This document shows positions 38,958-53,847 of a stretch of DNA of 64,000 bases, piece by piece. The notes beneath the pieces were generated by a model that saw only the letters and a program-made list of their open reading frames with translations, ran no database searches and had not been told where the DNA came from. The position numbers and the translations under genes are program-made. The DNA is from Macrostomum lignano (Eukaryota). The stretch lies in NCBI GenBank assembly GCA_002269645.1, contig NIVC01003297.1, positions 1 to 64,000 on the forward strand, in the 5' to 3' direction. Every line of letters starts with the position of its first letter. Position 1 is the stretch's first letter.

Positions 38958-41900
38958 TCTTAAATATAAAAGTTTTTCTGAAATATTGCATTTGAAAAAT
39001 TTCAGATTTGCCGCTCATTAAGACAAGTGGCCCTTGTACTGTACTGTACCCTTGTAAGTAAGATGGTTAGATGAGTGAATGGTAAAAAGGTAACAATACA
39101 ACCACATTCCTAATCCTAAAAACAGGAGATGCAGACAGTTTGGGAATTGGTTTTAAAATTATTAGTACATGTCGTAAACACTGAACACAGGATGCAGCTA
39201 TAAGCATAATACTATATATAGCCAGATATGCTAATACTGCTCCTGTTGTACTTTTTTTCCAATTTACCACAATGTGGGAAAAGCTAAATTGGCCTCCCAG
39301 CATATAAGTGCATATTGTCATATAGTTTTAAATTATTTTTACATTAGCTCAAGTGCAATGCCTTCAATCAAAGCTTTAAATAATTACTACAAGCATATCT
39401 ATGCACTTAGTTTCAGCCATTTTGTGATCGCGTTTTTATAGAAATGTCACTGATTTGTAGATCAAATTAAAAAATACAATAGGTGCCATATAACTAAGAG
39501 CCATACATTCAAGGATTTTCCAAAAAGAGCTAGGTAACTTGTTTATAGTTGACATGTTTTGCTTCAAAACTGTAAAAATGTTGCTTTTGAATAATTTTAA
39601 TAAAAAGTTTATGCTATAGTGATTTTCTTTTTCATTTTCTTACTTATAGCTATTTTACAATGTTTTATTTTCTTCCAAATTGCAATTCTTCTGTTACCAA
39701 TAAAATATTTGTTGCTGTCTGGTTTTATTCAAAAGAGACCATGCACTGTAACAGTGGGAATACCAAGCAATTTTTCCACCTATCAAACTACCAAGGAGGG
39801 AGGGGTAAATTTTGACAATTTTTGCTTTGCTAGAATGAAGCAATGTAGGCATACAAAATTCAAGAGCACAGGTAAACTTTCTGTTGCACATCTTAAACAA
39901 GAATACAATAGTCACCCTTCCAAACTATTTAACAATTCAACAATTCTGCCAAGTTGGATTTTTTCCATAAAAGCTAACGTGTTGAATATAGCCATTGCAC
40001 CAATTAGCATTACACCTCTATGCAGCCTTGCCAAGCCTACAAATTTCCTCAACACATTGACTATATATGCCTGAACCAGTTCTGACTTTGTTGGTCATTG
40101 GCTTTTACCTAGGTAGAGCTTCTAGAACTTTAGCAGATAATACTGGTTAACTATAGACACACTTTTGCAAATTTCTGAAAAAAGCTTTACTAACCTAAAG
40201 CTTTCACAATGGGCAAGCTTCAACTGCTATACATCCTCAGCTAGTCTTTCAAGCATTTATTCATCACTTTAACACAATTGGCACCTTCAACAGATTACAC
40301 TAGGCAACTGTACTGTGCATTGTATTGTATATTTGTACAATCTGAATTAAGAAGAGTTCTTTGACAAATTCAAGCTAATTGTGTTGGGACTTTTCTCCTA
40401 TAATGGCAACAACCTAATCTTAGTACTATACTTGGCAAATCAACTATATTTTCTAAGTCTCAAAAGCAAATTATAAGCAAATCATGTCTGTTAAGCATTC
40501 TAAAAGACAGCATTATAATTGACTACTTAGCCACCCACAACCATAGCTACCCTCCCTTAATCCTGAGGAACTTAGCCAGAGCTCTAATAGCATTTCTAGT
40601 TTGTTAAATTGTTTTGGATTGCTAAAAATTTGGTATCAATTTAAAAGCAACTGGGTAAATGGGTAAACAGCTGGAATAACCATGAATGGATGGCCTTGTC
40701 AATGTCAACTAATAACTAGTTTAATCCTATATTGTTTATTTAGTTTTATTAAATAAATGATGGGACTATGACTAACTTGCCTAAGCTGTCTATCTTATTG
40801 TCTATTAATTTTTATTTATTAATAAGCAGTTTACTATTCTTTACTTAGTAAAAATTCACTTGAAATGCAGAACTTTGTATACTTCCTTATCTTGGCCTGC
40901 AGACTAGCTGTTATTAAAATGTTTCTTGAACTAAAACTGCCATGACAAATTGGCAGCTTCTCAATGCTATGTAAGTAAGGAAAGCCTTTAGCAATTTGGC
41001 ATACCCAGAATGGCTAACTTATGTAAGTACTCTTGTAAAGGTTTTAGCTATCTTGGTTATATTCATCCTTTAAAATAGTCAAATATAAAAGGCAAAGACA
41101 AAAAAGCTTAATAAAAAAGGATATATTAGGGCCAATTTAGACTTAGAAATTGGTAAAAAGCAAAAGAATATAACTAAAATAAAAATTATAAAAAATAGAA
41201 ATAAAAAATAAAAAACTATACTTTATAGTGGAATTAAAAAGTTTTTTTGTCTTTTGCAGACCTGCTATATGACACATTTCATCAAGTTACTATCATAATT
41301 TCACTTTGTACATTATCCCTTGTTTAATGTTAACTAACAATTAAATTTGAAAATTTAAAACATAATAGCAAAATGGTTATTCTTTATAGTCAAAGCATAA
41401 GATGCTATCTAGGCTAGGCCTAGGATTTTTATTTTTAATTTTATCTATAAAAATAGCAAATCTATTATTTTTATGTTCCCTATACATGGAAAGCAAAATG
41501 GGTATTTTTATGGTTATGCTCCATGGGGAAAAATCATTTAAATTAATAGTTAATAACTACCTAAAGCCAGCTAAGGTGGTGATAAGAACTACTAGAAGAA
41601 CTTACTATCATATCAATATATTATAATATTAATAACAGAAGTATCATGTTCTTATTACTAAAATAAGATCAATCTCTTGTTGAATATTTAATAAACTAGG
41701 GTCTACCTCTCTCATATAAGTCTAGAATTTATCAACACTATCTTGAATAGGTCTCAGTGACTCTATTCAAATTATTCTCCATTCTCCACCCTTATTCTCC
41801 ATGTCCTAGTGATTGGTTTTAATTTAAACTATATATTTAGGTTGAAGCTACCAAAAAATGAAGCTCAATTTTGAAATCATCACTATCAAAAACTACTATT

Positions 41901-43846
41901 GAGAGAAAACTATGACCGTATCAAAACTGCAACTAATTTATCAACATTAACTTGAAGAAGTCCCATTGGCCACATTTTTTTACTTTTTTTTTAAAATTTA
42001 ACCACAATAATTATTTACACTACAAGTTTGTTACTTCATTTAGATAGTATTTGTCTATTTTATTATTAGGAAAGTAATATTTTACACTAAGTTAAATTCT
42101 TATCAAAATAATATAAATATTGCAGGGGTGTTTCTTCTTACTCTTTAGATTTCAATCCTTACCATTAAGCCACCAAAGTTGTCGTAGGGCTTACTTCTGT
42201 CCTCCAACTATCCCATTAATTGCCACCAAGTTGTTACAGGTTTTTAATTTCCCTCTATTAAATTTTTATTGCTGACACTAAATTTTGCCTTAATTTTTCT
42301 AACTGTTTCTTAGAATCTTATATATTTCTGGGTAGCATTCTTGTAGTGTTCTGGTAGCATTCCTAATATATGCTCTAGTAGCATTCTTAGTATATGGCCT
42401 GAGTGGTCTTACTGGTATATGTACTTTCTCTCTCCATTCTGGGCATTACCAAGATTAGAGGGTCACAGCAATTACTCTTAGTACTCTCTTTGCATAAATT
42501 CCCAATTCTAACTTTCAATACTTTCAATAAAATAAGCAATGATCTGAGAATGGTTTATCTAACACATTTTGACATTATAGCCAGCAAACAAGTTTTTCTT
42601 CCATCTTTTCGGCTTTCTCCTATTTATAACTAGTCAATTGTGTATATTTAAAACAAATTCTTACAACTTAAGAATATTTTGCATATTATAACAAAAGAGT
42701 ATTAATTTTTGTGCTAGTTTAAAAACCACAATTCCTAGAAATAAGATACCGCTACTACATAAATATGTATTTTTTTGTCTTTATAAATTGAGGTACATAG
42801 TATGTTAATTTGTTTTAATAAAGTAACTTTAGTTTTACTGATCAAATTACTTTTGTTTTAATGGAATATTTCTTTACTTAGTTATAGTGCTAGCCAATAG
42901 AGAGACATCTTAACACTATAAATCAAAGCAAAAAACAAAAAACTTTCTATAACTTTAGGTTAATCATTTTTGTAACCTTTTTGGTAACTTTGAAATTAAA
43001 TTTTCTTTGGTCTTACTGTTTTAGTTATATGAAGCAAGATAGCAAAGAGGTCTAAAGTAGTGTTTGTAGAACAAGGCAGATTTGCATAGCAAATCTGTTT
43101 AGATAGACCAAGGACATATTGCCAAATGAAATAGGTGTTATTGAATAAGCATTCTGCAAAGCAAAAAATATGGATTGCCTAGTAAAAAAGGGGACTTCCT
43201 TAGAAGTAGACATTAAGTTATTGTATCCAAAATAGTGTGATAAAATATTAAATTAGGATAGACAATATTAAAAAGCCAGAAATATCTTAGTTATTGGTAA
43301 TGCCATGTTGGACTATATAATTTAGGTGATTAATAGTCAGCAGTGTCTTGCTGCTTGGGTATTAAAGCTACTAGGATGGGTGCTAACCAATTCAGCGACA
43401 AACAAATTTGGCAAAAGCAAATTCATTGACAATCTAATCAAATTTGGCGACAATGAAGGAAAAACAATTGTGTATAGTTTTATTAATTCTTATTGTTATA
43501 TGTATTGGTCTAATTCATATTAGCTTCCCTTTTTTAATAAGTTTGTATGATACATTATTTATCCTGTGCTTTTCAAATATTCAAATATCCAAATATGCTT
43601 TCCAAGAAAATTTGTTCATTCTCAATCTTGAAGATATGCAATGTCCAATTTATTTCAAAGGTCATATTGGCTTTAGTATAAAAATCACTACAACTCCTTC
43701 GCAACAAGAAACAAATTCTAAAATGTGAAAAAGAGCACAAAGTGACCTTAATTTTGTTCAGCTTCACGAGGTTACAATAGAAGGTTCAGGAAAAGGTTGC
43801 GGTAAAATTGTAAACTTTAAAAGGTAAAATTGTGGCTGTCATTAAA

Positions 43847-44900
43847 TCACATGGGGGCATTTAGCTGACTACAGGCCTCAAGCAAAGCTTGGTCTGTTCT
43901 TGTGCCTACCTTGTGTTTGTCCCAGATTTTGTTGTAAATGGACTGTCAACGGCAGACAGATGTGCGCTACTGGCGCCAAAGGGCACCCTGTGACACAAGC
44001 TACATATCAAGAGCTGCCAAGCTGGCTTCTTTGTGCAAGAGGCATATGAGCAAGTAAAACGAAATGTCATTTTGTTGGGCTTTGTGGTTCAGCCTTTGGT
44101 GCCAACCCTCCAAATCATTGTTTGTTTGTATAGAGTGGCGATAGGCTGAAAGGCAGTTGGAGATACAGATAGAAGATGAAATCCATGTGGCCTATAGTAT
44201 AAGGCATGAGAGAATATGAGAGATGACTCAGCTGATGAGCAGAAATCTGGTTCAGTGAGACTAGCTGAGTAAATTATAAAAGTACAATAGCTACATGTAC
44301 CTGAACATACTCCACAAGTGCAGCTAACTGAGGCTCTTCATGCTGGCTGATTTGCACTCAAAGCGTGTAAAAGGTTCATTTGATGATTTCAGCTGGTAAA
44401 AATGGCAAGGCCATTAGCTGGCGACAAACATTTTGCACCCTGTCATTATCAATGTAAGCTCGCTAGAGGCCAAGCTACTAGACGTGTTGCCACACAGCTT
44501 GTGTAAAATGAAAGAGGCAGCCACGCAGCTGGACACCAAGGAAGACGGAATGAATTGCACTCCATGCTGCTATTTCAAAGTTGAGAAGAAATTCCCCAGG
44601 CCTGCAAAATTGGTTCATATGCAAGTGGCAAGATGTTATTTAATTATTTTAATTATTTAATTATTTTACTTAATTATTCGAAAAACAAAGACTTGCCTTG
44701 CATGTGGAATGATTGCACACTGCTTGAAATAGATCTATGTAGTCCCTATGGCTCTTTCCTTCCCATCATCAGTGCAAATAGAAGTGGGACCTGCTTCATT
44801 GCTCCATTGTTACCAGAAATGAAAGTGTGAATGCTAAATAGTTGCATGAATGGTTGTCAAACAACTTTGAAGGTCTCTTCGACAAACCACCTAGGAGACT
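43847..44900 (-). pseudogene. MULE transposase relic with probable introns (44192-44300 and ~44602-44695)
   Basis: Hand translation gives WFVEETFKVV*QPFMQLFSIH, KQVPLLFALM, LNFEIAAWSAI..GCLFHFTQAVW, RQLMALPFLP, TNNDLEGWHQRLN, LLEACSQL; many stops. Confidence 0.85.
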
Positions 44901-45074
44901 CTGCAAGAAGTGACAACTGTGCTTCTGTGGCTTGACAGCTGCAGCACCCTGTAGCTTGATAGCAATATCTGGTGGCTCAACAGCTATAGCACCCTATAGC
45001 TATAGCTTGATAGTGATGTCTAGTGGCTGCTTGACGGCAGCTTGCAGGTTGACTACATACTTAAACTGTGGGTC

Positions 45075-45242
45075 ATAGACTTGACAGCGCCAGTTGAAAG
45101 ATGTCTGCCCTCTTAGATACTGATAATTGCGAGCAGTTATATAATGTTCTCCTTTTAAACAGATGTGATGCACCCATAGGCAACATATGTCACATTGTAG
45201 GCCATGCTGCCTATTCCAAACTGCTTTTTTGCACAAGGGACA
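45075..45242 (-). pseudogene. Degenerate PHD finger of the MULE
   Basis: CPLC..CDIC..WVHHIC..WRCQVY is the C4HC3 pattern with the last Cys replaced by Tyr. Confidence 0.75.
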
Positions 45243-45335
45243 TACATGTACATGTAGTGTGGCCATTTTTGCTTGATGCATCCACTGTATAGCTATTTAT
45301 GGCCACTCTTTATAAGGCCAATTTAGTGGCTGGGG

Positions 45336-45601
45336 CATACATGTGCAACTGCTGGCCAACCTAGCCGATCTGGCCACCATAAATTGTGGTGGACCAGGGG
45401 TAAATTGCAAAAATGCGCAGCCTAAAGAATACGGACATAAGACTAATTAGATGACGAGGCATTTAGCCCTTATAAGACAATCATAGTTACTCCTGCCGTT
45501 TACCTAAAATTGCATTAGGGTTTCTTTCACAGGTAAGTCGCATTTTTGGTCAAAAAGTAAGTCGCATGGCCAGTATAAATCAGGGGGGTTGCACATGTAT
45601 G
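45336..45601. mobile_element. hAT-type MITE (266 bp) nested in the MULE
   Basis: Perfect 14-bp TIR CATACATGTGCAAC; perfect 8-bp TSD GGCTGGGG. Confidence 0.88.
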
Positions 45602-46016
45602 GGCTGGGGTCTTAAGGAACCTCTGCCACAGAAATAGAAATAATGTACACACATAGCAGTAGTATCAATAAATCACTAAATCTAATCCACCACCAGAGGA
45701 TTCTTGGCTGCGTCTTAGCATATAGCGCACCCAGCATTTCTGGCAATTATTTTACAGTATATACCAACTTCACTATACAAGTGCATTGTATAGAATTTTT
45801 GGGGTGGATAAATTGATTGCTCATTAGGGCAGAGGGTGTACAATTGTACATTGAGGGACTATTGAATTAGATTGTCGCCAAATTTGTTTGTTGCCAAATT
45901 GGTGTGCATCCATTAGGATAACTTATACTGAGGATAGGCCTAGCTTATACATATATAGTAAGAGACTATTAGTATATAGATAGAGCTATAAATAATCAGA
46001 TTTATTTAGATAGGAA

Positions 46017-47706
46017 CTAGCAATCTTTGCCCCCCATTAGGGGACATCTGTATAGAATCTTTGTTCTCTACAAGTAACAAAAAGATAGCCAAATAAAGCC
46101 TTCACAAAGAAAACAGACAAAATATTCTAATGAAGTGCAATGCAAAAAGAAATCATCCCAAGACAGCAAGCATCCCCCAGATAGCAAGCATCCCCCCGAT
46201 AGCAAGCAACCCCAGATAGCAAGCATCCCCCAGATAGCAAGCATCCCCAAAATAGCAAGCATCGCCCAGATAGCAAGCATCCCCCAGATAGCAAGCATCC
46301 TCCAGATAGCAAGCATCCTCCAGATAGCAAGCATCCTCCAGATAGATAGCATCCCCAAATAGCAAGCATCCACCAGACAATAAGTAGCTAGTGCGACAAT
46401 TGCCTTAGCATTATAATGGCTCCTTAAAAATTTGCTTACTTTTACGTTTGAAACTGTGTATCTTTTAACAATGTGGCTCTTTAATGTTTTACATGGTGGC
46501 TCTTTTATGTTCTACATGGTAACTCTTTTATGTTTTATATGGTGGCTTTTCAATGTCTGACATAGTGGCTCCTAAATGTTTGACATGATGGCTCTTTTGT
46601 TTGACATGGTAGCTCTTTAATATTCTACATGGTGGCTCTTTTATGTTCAACATGGTGGCTCTTCTATGTTTGACATGGTGGCTCTTTATTGTTTGACATG
46701 GTGGCTCTTTAATATTCAAAATGGTGGCTCTTAAATGTTTAACATAGTGACTTTTTAATGTTTTTCATGTTTGCTCTTTAATATTCTACATGGTGGCTCT
46801 TTTATGTTCGAAATGGTGGCTCTTTTTTGTTCTACATGGTAACTCTTATGTTTTATACAGTGGCTTTTTAATGTCTGACATGGAGGCTCTTTTATGTTTG
46901 ACATGGTGGCTCTTTAATGTTTGACATGGTGGCTCTTTAATGTTCAAAATGGTGGCTCTTTTATGTTTGACGTGGTGGCTCTTCTATGTTTGACATAGTG
47001 GCTCTTTCATCTTTGACATGGAATCACGTATATGTTTGACATGGTGGCTCTTTTATGTTTGACATGGTAACTCTTTAACGTTCGACATGGTGGCTCTTCT
47101 ATGTTTGATATTGTGCTTTTTTATGTTTAGCATTTTGTGTTTTTAAGGTGTTCTAATAAAAAAATCTTTTTGCACTGCTAAGATTCGAACCCAGGTCGCT
47201 ATATTAGCATTCCAGTCTATTCGCATCTGGGCTATCTCTTTTAAATTGGAGAACATGAACTGTGGCCCTTATAATTCAATTCTTACAGCAAGTCAATTGG
47301 AGTAAAAAGTTATGACATAATCAATTTCTCAGTCAGCCAGTATCAGTCTCAATTTAAGTTAGCAATATGGTTACACAATTTTAATCAAGTCTTGTGTGCT
47401 TTTCTATGGCACTGTTTTCAACTTGTTGTGATGCAATCTTTATCATAATTGAAATTCAGTCAGTCAGGTTTTTCTCTAGCATTCTTACAATGCATTTCAA
47501 GTTGAAAATTTTGCTTGACCTTTGCAAAAAAGCAGGTTTTTTGAATATTTAATCCCTTTAAAATTGAGCAATTTCTTAGCCAAGATGCATGTACTGTCCC
47601 AGAAAAATTTCTGATCAAATGGTGCAAGTTTGAAGAAAATCAGTTAAGCCATTTTTCTGAAATCTATCTCACACATACATATACACATATAGACAACTAT
47701 ATGGGA
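46017..47706 (-). mobile_element. Non-autonomous Helitron, family A copy 3 (short arrays, CpG-eroded)
   Basis: Reverse complement of family A with hairpin+GATTGCTAG end, 18-bp array ~46143-46375, 23-bp array ~46465-47125 and tRNA-like cassette 47172-47238. Confidence 0.85.
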
Positions 47707-48647
47707 AAAGCATAAAGCTAAGCCCCTGGGCCTAGTTATAACTGGGTAATAAATTGGTAGGATTTTGATTAAGCAAAATTTCTCTAAAACAACCTATAGT
47801 TTAGATTCTCTAAATTTATTAGATTTATTTATTAATATTTATTAATATATACTAGGTTTAATACTAGAAAAAATGATGACACCTTGTTTGTAATATGTAA
47901 TTTGTATGCCAATATTTATAAAAAGTCATTGACACAATGCAATGTTTCTACTATGTATGTTATATATGTCAGGATATAAGCTAGGCCTAATATATGCCAA
48001 AAATGACAAGTAGACCTACCTTGTTATATGCCAGGAAATTCAGGTCTACATGTTGCCTTCCAAATTATAGAGAACAACTTGATAGCAATGGGATACAATA
48101 AAGTAACTAATAGCAAATAGTACTAGGCATAAGTTCTAAAACAACTTACTTAGTGACAATTGTAAGAATTTATTAGGCCTAGGATAGAGCTAGAACCCTA
48201 GTTACAACTTAGTATTAAGAGTAGGATCTTTTTGTGTAGGACTATAGTAGGCCTATTATTACTTACAATAACTAGGTTCTGTAATTGATAAATAGAATTT
48301 TTATTAGGTAGAAGTTATCCTCTAGCCTAGAACAACTTGGTGGCATTAGTGGGATGGGATAGAGTAGCTAAAAACAGAGAACCCAACAATATGTTGACCA
48401 TAAAAATAACTATCTAGCTATTTATACAGTCACTAGGGCCTAAGGCCTATATAGCATAACAATAAGAATAGCTAAGGCCTAACAACTACCAAAAACCTAA
48501 TATATAAGGCCTAAAGTTTCATTGATATGGCAGCCGTGTCTCTAATAATGACTAGGTCCATACTTAGACACGGCTGCGTGTTTATAAGTATTTGCATTAT
48601 AGACATGGCCGCCATGTCTATAAGTATGGACCTAGTCACTATTAGAG

Positions 48648-49947
48648 TAGGCATTCTGGTGAGGGTCACGTGACCTGTGCGTGCCGAGCAAAATCTGCTA
48701 AAAAGAGCTAAATGATACCAACTTCATATGATAAAAAAACTAGAAAACCAAGAGAGTTAAGAAAAACGGAAATATATGTCCTGAAGAGAGAGATTTAAGC
48801 TTTAATTTGAGACTACTTGGAGGTTCCTACAATGTCAAATAGTGAAGCTACGGTAATTTGAAAAACAAACAAATTCACCATGCTTTGGAAACTGTGACAA
48901 CACGGGAAAATTAAGTAACTGACAGAAATTTGAATTGCATCAAAACGAGTGCTTTTTTTGATAAGCGGTTTTCAGTAAAACAAAGATTAATAGTTACGGA
49001 ATATATTTCTTCTGCAATGCAAAGAAAATTGAGATATTTTTCTTCTATAAATATTAGTCCAAAGTCTTCAACTAAAATTTTTGACTCGAAACAAGACTGG
49101 TGACAGGGTGGTGACACGATGTTTTTTACGTAGGATTTCATGGTGAATAAGATGCAAAAATAATTTTGGAGCTATCTTAACGCGCAACAACGCGCGACTG
49201 ATTCAAAGTAAACCCTAGCCTAGTTGCATTTCAGACTACCCTTTTAGAAGCAAATGGACTTTCTTTTTCTTCTTTTTTCTTCTGTTTTATTCATCCAAAA
49301 TGGCATACAAACACGAGGAAACAATGATCTCATTGCTAGATCTTACCACAACTCCAATAATAGTACCAATGTTTTGGGTAAACAGCAGGAGTAAATACCT
49401 CGTCATCTAATTAGTACTTGTTTCCTAATTTAAAGTACTAATTAGATGGGCATTTTTGCAACTTATCTTGGCTAGGCCCCTTGCCAGACAGCTAGATCTG
49501 CTGGGTATTGCACTTGGATGATCTATATAAGGATAAAAATGGAATAATTGTGGTCTGAGGATTAAAATTTCATTTACGTCACCTCATTATTTTGAGAATA
49601 GAAGAAAAACTATCAATTGTATTTTGCAAAGTATTAATTCAAAAAATCTACAAAAAAAATGCTAAAAAATGACATATTAGGCATAAAAATGCATTGGATA
49701 GTTCAAAAGCTATATTATCTATAACTCGGAAAATCAGACATTTTGAAGAAAAATGATCACAGTACCTTATGGGAAAAATGCATTACGGAAGTGTCAAAAA
49801 ATGTGATACTAAAAATGCTATAACTTTTTCATTACTTGACCAAAATTCAAAAGTGAGGTGTCTTTTTACTCATACTTGTATGCTCAATCAAAGAAAAGCA
49901 AAATATTTGCTAATCTTGAAACTTCAAAAACCTCACCAGAATGCCTA
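48648..49947. mobile_element. 1.3-kb non-coding TIR element with 7-bp TSD
   Basis: Perfect 17-bp TIR TAGGCATTCTGGTGAGG; ATTAGAG on both sides. Confidence 0.85.
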
Positions 49948-50478
49948 ATTAGAGACTCGGCTGCCATGTCTATAAGTTTCTGCATTATAGACACGGTCGC
50001 CATGTCTCTAAGTGTGGCATTTTCTGAAAAATGGGCTGATAGTGATAGTGATAAGATAGGGCCTACCAACAAGTTAAAAGACAGGAAAATCTTTGATTAG
50101 GCCTATAGGCCTATATAATTAAATAACTAATAAGTATTTTACTTAAGTTATTAACTATCTGTAAAATAATGCGATATACATAAATGATTAAAAATCTATG
50201 AAACAGTCAATCCGGGTGCGACCACATGTACATCATGTATTTGCAATTTATCTGGACTGCATTCATAATTCTAAATTCATAATTCAAAATAATTCTATTG
50301 CGTTCATGCAGTTAACGGCGCATACGATATAGGATATAGCAAAAACCTTATAGATAGAGTCGAACCTTACAACTAGTATTACATGTATCACTCAGATTCT
50401 GGTCCGTTGAGGAGGTCTGTTGCGGTCCCGTTGCGGTCCCTTTGCGGTCCGTTGCGGTGTTTACACGGACCCGTAATT

Positions 50479-50738
50479 GGGCCTTTTCATATTACCAATT
50501 CCAGAACCAGAATCGGTTTGGAATTCCAAGAAAAACAGCAGTATAACTATTTAACTCTGTTAATATTTGACTGCCTTAACAACCTTACTTAGCACAATTT
50601 TTAACATTCTTTTTGGTGATTGTCATTCAATAATAAAAACTTTATAGCACGTATCTCCCTTTAGTTATGGAGACTAAAAGTTATACTTCACAAATTGGTT
50701 CTGGTTCTGGAACCAGAACAAGCAATATGAAAAGGCCC
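50479..50738. mobile_element. 260-bp MITE, possibly PIF/Harbinger-like
   Basis: TIR GGGCCTTTTCATATT plus subterminal inverted TTCCAGAACCAGAA; ATT on both sides. Confidence 0.7.
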
Positions 50739-50743
50739 ATTGA

Positions 50744-53847
<3,104 letters not shown>

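Larger units (their letters stand above)
43378..45911 (-). mobile_element. Mutator-like (MULE) DNA transposon, decayed
   Basis: Imperfect TIRs GG(G/A)TGC..ACCAATT..GC.ACAAACAAATTTGGC. 8-bp TSD ACTAGGAT/ATTAGGAT. Internal MULE and PHD coding. Confidence 0.75.

Noticed and set aside
39619-43767. Short ORFs in the AT-rich block
   Set aside because: No recognisable motifs; consistent with chance ORFs in eroded repeat DNA
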